DNA from: Eledone cirrhosa
Lineage: Eukaryota
DNA length: 64,000 nt
Direction: 5' to 3'
Assembly (NCBI GenBank): GCA_964016885.1
Contig: OZ024741.1
Location: forward strand, 98,890,001-98,954,000
How positions within the stretch are numbered: the stretch's first letter is position 1; each line of letters starts with the position of its first letter. The notes beneath the pieces were generated by a model that was given only the letters and a program-made list of their open reading frames with translations, did no database searches and was not told where the DNA came from. This document shows, one piece after another, positions 55,118 through 64,000 of the stretch. The translations under genes were made by a program, and so were the position numbers.

Positions 55118-57855
55118 AGGAACTAAGAAAAAATTATCGTAAAACTATGCACGATAATCTGGATTCTATCAATAGAGAAGCATATGAGATAATAACCAAC
55201 CTCGGAATTGAGAAAAAAACAGAACCCTTCTTCCCAAGAACTCCGAGGTTTAGTCTGAAGGATCATAAAAGAAATTTTCGAAACGACATGCCTGTAAGAT
55301 TAATTGCCCCTTCTAAGTCTGACTTAGGGGTCGTTAGTAAATCCATCTAGGATAGAATTATCCCACAGGTTAAGAATAAATCTCAACTAAATTTATAGTT
55401 GGGTTCATCTGAAGTAATAGACTGGTTCAATGACCTAAAAAATAAAAACAAACTGAAATGTATTCAATTAGACATTGCTAGCTATTACTCTTCCATTTCT
55501 CCTTCACTCCTAAACAAGGCTCTCTCATATGCTTTAAAATATACGGACATTACTAGTGATGAAATAAACATCATTGTCACCGCTAGGAAAACCATCTTGG
55601 AATTTAAGACCGAATATTGGACAAGAGCGGATACTTCCAACAATTTCGACATCACCACGGGTTCTTCGGATTCAGCTCAACTGACCGACTTAGTTGGAAT
55701 TTTCATCTTGAATTCTTTAAACCGGAAAATACTCCAACTTTGCGGTGGGATTTATCGTGATGATGCTCTCTTTATTGTCTCTAATTGTAACACTGTAAAC
55801 TTTAATTTACTTAAGAAAAAATACTTGATCTATTTAAGCATCTTAACTTAAAAATTGAATTCGAGAATAATGATAAACTAGCAAATTTCCTTGATATATC
55901 CCTTAATCTTGATACCGGCCTATATTACCCATATCATAAGGATAATAAGAACTTAAATGACGTTAACTTTAAATCTAACCACCCTAATAATGTTAAAACT
56001 GCCACAGTCAAAAGCGTAGAAAAAAGTATTTCTAATTTATCCTCTAATAAGAATATCTTCGAAACTAATGCCAACTATTATAATAATGCGCTATCTAGGG
56101 CTGGATATCTAGACAAAATTAGGTATACTAAAGAACATAATCTTGGCAGAGGTTATAATAACTCTAGTAATGTAGCTACTAACAATCATACTGCTAACAA
56201 AAGGAGGAGACCTAGATATTAAAATATCCCTTGGTACAACGCTCCCTTCTCTCTTTCCGTTATTAATAATATCCCTAAATTATTTTTTAGGGCATTACAT
56301 AACAGCTTCCCTCCTTCACATATTTATAGCAAGATTTTCAATAGGCATACTATTAAATTCTCGTATTTTACTACTTCGAACATTTCAAAAATTATCTCAA
56401 GACATAATTCTAAAATATTAAATAATAACTCATATGCATCCAACCATGAGAGTATTAATAATAACAGTATAAGGTCCGACGTCAATGTAAACTCAAGGCA
56501 AAATAACACAAGTATAAATACGACATCAAACGTAACTTTGAGAAATACATCAAATAGTAATGTAAATCTAGAAACTTTAGCACCTCTTTTAGTTAATTCC
56601 ACCCTCCTGATCCTAATATAATTAACCCTGGACCACTTGCCAATAACTCTGTAAATAATTTTAATCGTAAATGCAACTGCCCTTTTAGAACTAATTGTCC
56701 TCTTAGTAATTTCTGTCTCGATAAAAACCTTATATACGAATGTAAAATGGTAACTAGTACCAATTCCTATACCTACATTGGCTTTACTTCTACCTCCTTT
56801 AAAGCAAGATTCTATAATCATTTTTCTACGTTTAAATCTCCACTTAAAAGGACCAGCACCGCACTCTCAGAACTTATTTGGTCCTTAAAAGACAAAAACA
56901 TAAATTACGAAATTTTTTGCGTAAAATTTACAACGCATCTCCATACTCCAATGCTTCCATATCTAGTGTTTGTAATTTATGTTTAGCAGAAAAATTTACC
57001 ATTATCTCGAATTTCAACACAATAATAAATCGGAGAACCGATTTATTTGGACTTTGTAATCATAAATCCTACAAGACCTTTCACAAAGTATATAGCTGAT
57101 GTCCAATAACATATTCCCCGAGTCACTGTCGTCCTTACACATCTTTCATTATAGTCTACAATGTATTATTTTGGTTTTCTCATTATATATTAAACCTTTG
57201 ATCTTCTTTTGTGTAGCCTTAGATTTTCGCTCAAATCTTCGTAGATTTTGTAAACAAAAGATAACGTCATATTATAATAGATTTTCTCTACATTTTTTCT
57301 ACGTTTATAAATCCTTCTAGCAATTTCCTTTATTTACTTGATGATATAAAATAAAACTTAAATAGTATACCCCACATATATATTTTTACTAGAAATTATT
57401 AACTTTGACATAGATAGACTATTTTTATTTTATAAAAATCTTTTTATATTTATTTTATTAATACATTTTTACACTTCTTAAACCAATTTTTAGTATTTAA
57501 ACCCAATATAAAATAATATACCCAGTTTCTATATTTAGACCTCTAATATTTGAATACCTTCTATAATATTCGCACATACACCTCATCAATATATTTTTTA
57601 ATTTTAACCGTTATTTACAGCTGTTTTCAATTTGACAGCGTCCTTGATCAAAAGTCTCTCTCCCTCTCTCTCTCTATATATATATATATATTCTTCTTCT
57701 TCCTTCTTTTTTTTTCTTTCTTCTCTTTCTTTTTCCTTTTTTTCTCTTCTTTCTCTTTTCCTATCCATTTCTTACTATAGTATTAACACATATTTCTGCC
57801 ATATGTAGACTTAGCACTTTCCTATAAACAACTGTTATTATGCCTCATATTTATT

Positions 57856-57919
57856 TTTTATCTGAAGAGAACACAACATGTCCCAGGATGATTTTGTATT
57901 CGAAATATGTATAATAAAA
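57856..57919 (+). ncRNA. Type I hammerhead at the Penelope 3' end
   Basis: TTTTAT-CTGAAGA-[GAACACAA...TTGTATTC]-GAAA-TATGTA-TA-ATAAAA. Confidence 0.78.
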
Positions 57920-57955
57920 TATATGGAACTCTTATAACCATCTTTATTTCATCTT

Positions 57956-58028
<73 letters not shown>

Positions 58029-58582
58029 AAAGTTCTATTTAAATTGTTGGGATACAACAAGCAAATATTTTTATAACTGATATAAAGCACTCAACAAATA
58101 TTTGGAGTAAAAATACGATATTAACAAAGAGAAACTATATTTATAAAACCATATTTATTTCATTATACATATTTTAAGGACACCAAGTTAAATTATGGTG
58201 TGCTTTCATCAGATAAAATATAATATCGATCAGTTTTATAAATAAATATTGACATACCCTTAAAAAATGCAACCATTGCTGTTGGAAGCTCCGATGATTC
58301 CAGACTTTCCTCTGTAGGAAACAATTGTCAGCAACTAAATGTTCTAAACTAAAATTTGATCGTTTTAACACTTAGTATATATATATGAGGATGATATATT
58401 TAAAATGCGTTGTTCGATTACTTGCTGGCTTTCTTGGCGACTTTTTTCGTCCCAATAGCTACATTATTCAATATTCAACTATTTTCATAGAAATTGTCAA
58501 CAATTATTTTAGTTACATGCATTGTGGTGACTATATTTTCTAAATTTCAAATTATCTGATGCTTCGTAAGTCAACAAATCTT

Positions 58583-58637
<55 letters not shown>

Positions 58638-59384
58638 TTATGTGTGTGTGTGTGCGCGCGCGTGAGTGTGTGTGTTTGCACATGCGTATATATATATATA
58701 TAAGTACAAATAAATATATATATATATATATGCATACAATTACTTATGTTCGACTGAGTGTTGCATGTTTGCATGTATGTATTGATGTATACATTCGTAT
58801 ATTTATACATTTACATACATGAGTATATAACCCTTCATAGATATATAATTGTGTTCTCGTGCATGTTCATAAAAACGAGAAATGTTATGTGATAGTATTC
58901 TTGTATATGATGGTATTTGTTTGGTTTGTGTATATGTTGGTATGTTTATATGTATGTATGTATGTGTCTTTTTGTGTGTATTATGTAATACATAGTTACA
59001 ATCACCTACCTACCCGCATCTCTCTATTTCTCTCCCTCTCTATTTCTCTCTCTCACTTTCTATATCTCTCCCTAAGCCCCTCTCTCCTTTTCTCTCTTTA
59101 GTTTTCTCTAAACTATGCCATCTTTTCCTACACCTTACATTCTACACCGTAAACTATCTTTGGGGATTTTTTTCAATCTCTAATAAGCTGTCAGAAAACG
59201 GGAAACGAGCTGTATGTTAGAAAGGTTAGAGATAGTCAGTTGTAACTGTAATATTAATCTGAAGCGAATCGAGTAACTTTAGTTGCTTCTTCTAATAATG
59301 ATAAAACTAGAAACAACATCTTCCTTTATTTTGTTTTTACTTGTTTCTAACGTGGAAGTTACCTTTATAGGATAATAACTTTAT

Positions 59385-59789
59385 GACTGATGAACCAGCG
59401 GAACGGTATTATATGCGTATGTTTGTTGACCTATTCAATGTTGTAACAAACTCTCTATTGATTTTGTTGTTGTTTTAACGTTATATGTGGTGATTTTTAT
59501 TAGCGACCAATGACATGTGTATTATGTATTTAAGTAAGAATTTTCTTTTTCTTTTTAGTTGGGAGGGGGGTAGGGGGGGGTCATATTGGCTGTCTCCAAG
59601 CTGTCTATTACCATTCTCAGTAGCTTTTACACTCATGATTTCATAATTAAAGTGAGCCAGCAATGAAACTTTCCCGAAGACGATTGACTCGCTATATGCA
59701 CCAACTTGAAGTGCGATATTTTATGAAGAAACACACACTTACACACACACACATCCATACACACACACACACACACATCCTCGCTTTTG

Positions 59790-59795
<6 letters not shown>
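59385..59795 (-). mobile_element. Possible non-autonomous Helitron relic
   Basis: The reverse strand starts ATATATACAAAAGCGAGGATGTGTGTG, matching the head of the Helitron at 59950. The 3' end is uncertain. Confidence 0.4.
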
Positions 59796-59826
<31 letters not shown>

Positions 59827-59827
<1 letters not shown>

Positions 59828-59924
59828 ACGAAGGAAATGTGGTACGGAACCAGATGGACCATAACGCACCAAAGTACTCAATACTTAGGGTAGTAGAGTG
59901 GGTAATAGGAACGAGTTACTCGTT

Positions 59925-59929
<5 letters not shown>
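59827..59929 (-). mobile_element. Hairpin-plus-tail element, copy C (25-nt hairpin)
   Basis: Full tail plus ATAGGAACGAGT-T-ACTCGTTCCTAT. Confidence 0.85.
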
Positions 59930-59960
<31 letters not shown>

Positions 59961-60214
59961 CGAGGATGTATGTGTGTCTGTGTACAACTTTGCATGCATA
60001 AGGCTTTCACAATTACCAACTGAATTTGACCAGATTTTCTGTGCACGTTGCACAGGACGCTAAGATTGTCACATCACAAACATTTTTCAAATCGACCCCC
60101 GTTGAGCAATAAAAAATCGATATCAAAATTATCGGTAGAAAAATTGATGTAAGGGAGAAAACACACTTTATTGACAATCCTTATTAAAAAAGGGAGATAA
60201 CCTTTTCACCAAAT

Positions 60215-60503
60215 ATGCCCCGTAAAAGAAAGTATGCACATATTGGCTATCGGTCGAAGAAAACAATGCGTGTAAATGACTCTCCGCCGATAACCGAAAA
60301 TAGACAATCACTAAATGCGGTGAGTACAGTTATTGCAACATCTTTGTCCGCCGCTGAGCGTCGGTTAGTGCGGCGAACCAATAATGCTAAAGCAACTGCT
60401 GCAGCACGAGCTGCAGAGACTACAGAGCAACGTGAAACACGCCTTGCTATGGATGCTACAGATACTGCTGCAGCAAGATCTGCAGAGACAGTACAAACAT
60501 ATG
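60215..60503 (+). pseudogene. N-terminus of Helitron RepHel ORF
   Basis: MPRKRK start and repetitive RAAETTEQRETRL segment typical of animal RepHel N-termini. Joined out of frame to the helicase. Confidence 0.6.
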
Positions 60504-60504
60504 A

Positions 60505-61692
60505 AAGGCAGCAACTTTGCTCCCTGGTGGAAGGACGGTACATTCTGTTTTTAAATTGCCCATTGATTTGACAAAATTGGAAACTCCTACTTGTCATATC
60601 ACCAAAGACTCCGAAAAGGCTCATCTGCTGCGAAGGTGTCACCTTATTGTTTGGGATGAGTGCACAACGGCGCAGAAAGGTGCTCTTGAGGCACTAGACA
60701 GGTCTTTGCAAGACATACGGGATTGCAGTGATGTTATGGGGGGTGTCACCCTTCTGCTATCAGTAGACTTCAGACAGACTCTTCCTATAATACCGAAAGG
60801 AACAAGAGAAGATGCGGTAAATGCATGTCTTAAGTCTTCACCATTGTGGCGACAAGTGACATCATTAAGACTAACTACCAACATGCGTGCAAGGTTGCAT
60901 GGGGATCCTCTGTCATCAACATTTTCTGGAGACATTCTTACAATAGGAGATGGTAACCTACCTCCGGATACAGATGGACACATAGCAATTGATCACATCT
61001 GCAGTGTAGTTGAAACTGTCGATGATCACAAGGCGAGTGTATTCCCGAACTTGCGTGATAACTATACGAATCTTGATTGGCTATGCGAAAGAGCTATTCT
61101 TGCACCCAAAAATATCACGGTTAGCTGTATTAACGATCAGCTTCTTCAGCTTCTTCCTGGATGTCCGCGGATATATAAACCTATTGATACTGTATGTGAT
61201 CCACAGGATGCGGTCAATTATCCAGTTGAATTTCTAAATTCTTTAAATCCTCCTGGTTTACCTCCTAATACATTGGTTCTGAAAGAGGGAACACCAGTTA
61301 ATTTGCTGAGAAATATCACTCCTCCAAAACTATGCAATGGTACACGCCTTGTGGTTAAAAAACTGTCTCCACTTAGTATTGACGCTACCATTATATCCGG
61401 ATGTGGAAAAGGCGAGCATGTGATAATAACAAAATTTAGCCTGACTACATCAGGCGTGGATACTCCCTTCTCCTTTCGCCGAAACCAATTTCCCCTTCGT
61501 GTTGCCTTTGCGAGGTCCATAAACAAGTCGCAAGGTCAAACTCTTTCCGTCGCTGGAATTCACTTGGATGAACCTTGCTTTTCGCACGGACAATTCTACG
61601 TTGCCTGCTCACGAGTTGGCAGTCGAGATAATCTCTTTGCGTTTGTTCCGAAAAGAAAAACAAAGAATATCGTCTATCCTGAAGTGCTTTAG
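60505..61692 (+). pseudogene. Helitron Pif1-family helicase, C-terminal part
   Basis: AATLLPGGRTVHS, LIVWDE, DFRQTLP, LTTNMR, LCNGTRL, QFPLRVAFARSINKSQGQTL, FSHGQFYVACSRV, TKNIVYPEVL. Walker A and the Rep domain are missing. Confidence 0.92.
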
Positions 61693-62189
61693 TGTTAACA
61701 AAAAAACTTATTACAGCTCTGCCTTGACTTCACCTTACTCATTACAAAACATACCAATGAATATGTCATGCAGTATATTTTGGATTATAAGTTAAAAATG
61801 TAATCATACACAGCAAAGGATGCTCTCAAAGAATAGATTTTCTCTTATTCTACTCTCATTGTTTTTTTTGTTTGTATACAATTCTGCTTTCATTACAACT
61901 TTTTGTACTTTAGCAAAACTGCCTGTTTTTTTTTACAGATTTGCAACGTGTATTGTCTTTAATCAGTTGTATAATTACATCCTGTTAAGTGTTTTCCTTC
62001 ATTATCACCATAGTTTTATGTGTACAAAGATTGCACTAAATATTCGTTTGCATTAATTATTGAAGACTTCTTCTTATTTTGACAGGTCGGGAACAAATAA
62101 TGTTCTCCTTTTACTTCCTAGCTGTATATTCTTAGCATAATTTCAAACCCCGAGCAACGCAGGGTAAATCTGCTAGTATATATATATAT

Positions 62190-62511
<322 letters not shown>

Positions 62512-62525
62512 GTGTGTGTATATAT

Positions 62526-62676
62526 ATAGGAAAAGAGTCAGGACCCCGACGGCTGAGCTCCGGCCGTTTCGACTGCTAGATCCTGACTCTTTTCCTATTA
62601 CCCACTCTACTACACTAAGTATCTAGTACTCTGGTGCTTTATGGTCTACCTGGTTTCTTACCACACCTTCTTTGTT
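62526..62676 (+). mobile_element. Hairpin-plus-tail element, copy E (inner right arm deleted)
   Basis: ATAGGAAAAGAGTCAGGA pairs with TCCTGACTCTTTTCCTAT. Tail present. Confidence 0.82.
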
Positions 62677-63002
62677 ATATATATGAAGAGACGGAGAGAG
62701 CAAGAGAGAGATGTGTGTGTGTAATATTGCAGCCGGACAGCAAACGGCAGATGTTTGGGTCGATTACTGCAGGCGGATCTGTACATTTTTTCGTCTCCAA
62801 GGGTTATTTATCCGGTTTATCACCTATTTCATGGTTAACTTGCGCTACGGTGGTTTTTCCAGAAGAAAACATACTTTAGGTTATATGTGTGCGTGTTTAT
62901 GTATGTGAAGGATGGTTAGAGTGGCATGTGGCTGTATGTAAAGTATATATGTGAGTGTGTGTGTGTCCGTATATGTGGTTGTGTACACACATATATATAT
63001 AT

Positions 63003-63164
63003 AACGAAGGAAATGTGGTAAGGAACCAGGTGGACCATAACGCACCAAAGTACTCAATACTTAGGGTAGTAGAGTGGGTAATAGTTAGGGTAGTAGACGG
63101 CTAATTCTGAGAATTAGCCGTCGAAACGGCTTGAGCTCAGCCGTCGGGGTCTTACTGGTTCCTA
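63003..63164 (-). mobile_element. Hairpin-plus-tail element, copy F (one arm partly lost)
   Basis: Reversed tail plus GACGGCTAATTC-TGA-GAATTAGCCGTC. A further single-arm fragment lies at 63593-63643. Confidence 0.82.
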
Positions 63165-63203
63165 TTATATATATATATATAATAGCTAATTCTCAGAGGT
63201 TTA

Positions 63204-63389
63204 GTGAATTGGCAGTATCGGTAGAGGGTCGGACGCCATGCTTTGACGCATAGAGTTACGGCCCTTGCCATTCTGAGTTCAAATCCCGCCGAGGTTAACT
63301 TTGCCTTTCATCCTTACGGGGTCGATAAAATAAAGTACCAGTAATACACTGGGAAATTGCTGGCCTTGTGCCAAAAGTAGAAACAATTA
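63204..63389 (+). mobile_element. SINE
   Basis: Consensus match. Confidence 0.9.
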
Positions 63390-63423
<34 letters not shown>

Positions 63424-63459
63424 AGTATATATACATAACTATATATATATATATATACA

Positions 63460-63502
<43 letters not shown>

Positions 63503-63559
63503 GTATATATATATATGTATGTATATATATATGTATATATATATATATGTATGTATATG

Positions 63560-63596
<37 letters not shown>

Positions 63597-63658
63597 CTGT
63601 CGAAACGTCCGGAGCTCAGCCATCGGGGTCCCGACTATTTTCATATATATATATACAC

Positions 63659-63722
<64 letters not shown>

Positions 63723-64000
63723 TTATTAAAATAGCAGATTAAAGTTTAAGCAAAGAATCGCTGCTTTCACCCTTAACGGGATCTTCTGAAACTAACAAAG
63801 TCAATTTTTTAACGCAGAAGTGGATATTTCAAAAAACGTTGCAACCGGAGGAAGACAGGAAGACGATACTTTGGTTCGTGGAAACGTTCGCTGGAAAAGA
63901 ACGGGAAAAAACGAATATAATACGTCATTAATAGGTGTTACAACCTTACATTTGTAGACAATGTTACGAGAGAGGCATTTCCCGGATAGGGGGCAATCAA

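Larger units (their letters stand above)
54478..57960 (+). mobile_element. Near full-length, decayed Penelope-like retroelement
   Basis: Broken ORF 54555-57099 with SLKDIPIP..FMRRLRW, LKDHK..VRLIAPSKSDLG, QLDIASYYSSI, GIYRDDAL, YIGFTSTSFKARFYNH, CNLCLAEK. 3' hammerhead. (TA)n at both ends. Confidence 0.92.
59950..62176 (+). mobile_element. Internally deleted Helitron
   Basis: Pif1 helicase ORF. 3' CCCCGAGCAACGCAGGG hairpin then CTAG|T. No TIR or TSD. The 5' end is blurred into (TA)n. Confidence 0.9.

Noticed and set aside
54555-57099. Selenocysteine recoding as in Naiad-type Penelope elements
   Set aside because: The interruptions I inspected are TAG/TAA stops, frameshifts and SINE insertions, not in-frame TGA at Cys positions.
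59386-59420. CTGATGA-ACC...GGT as a hammerhead
   Set aside because: No GAAA after the stem and no stem I.
60517-61692. Host PIF1 gene
   Set aside because: Intronless, lacks Walker A, ends in the Helitron-type TKNIVYPEVL and lies within Helitron termini.

Overview
AT-rich, microsatellite-saturated animal DNA with no recognisable host protein-coding exon. Almost all listed ORFs are translations of simple repeats. The dominant SINE and the repeat landscape resemble an octopod cephalopod genome (inference). Identifiable content is mobile DNA: about 15 copies of one tRNA-type SINE, several Penelope-like elements (one near full-length, one tail-out inverted structure, several relics), RTE, R4/Dong-like and CRE-like LINE 3' ends, and an internally deleted Helitron carrying a Pif1 helicase ORF. 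Two things stand out. (1) At least eight loci fold by eye into type I hammerhead ribozymes, nearly all beside (TA)n tracts. They include a non-coding 317-bp tandem and inverted retrozyme-like array with a U3-A8 compensated core, a second independent U3-A8 hammerhead, and two unrelated hammerheads with a C-A apposition at the base of stem II. (2) An unclassified ~190-bp hairpin-plus-tail element family sits in (TA)n, and its hairpin arms co-vary copy by copy. All folds and alignments were read manually and are untested.
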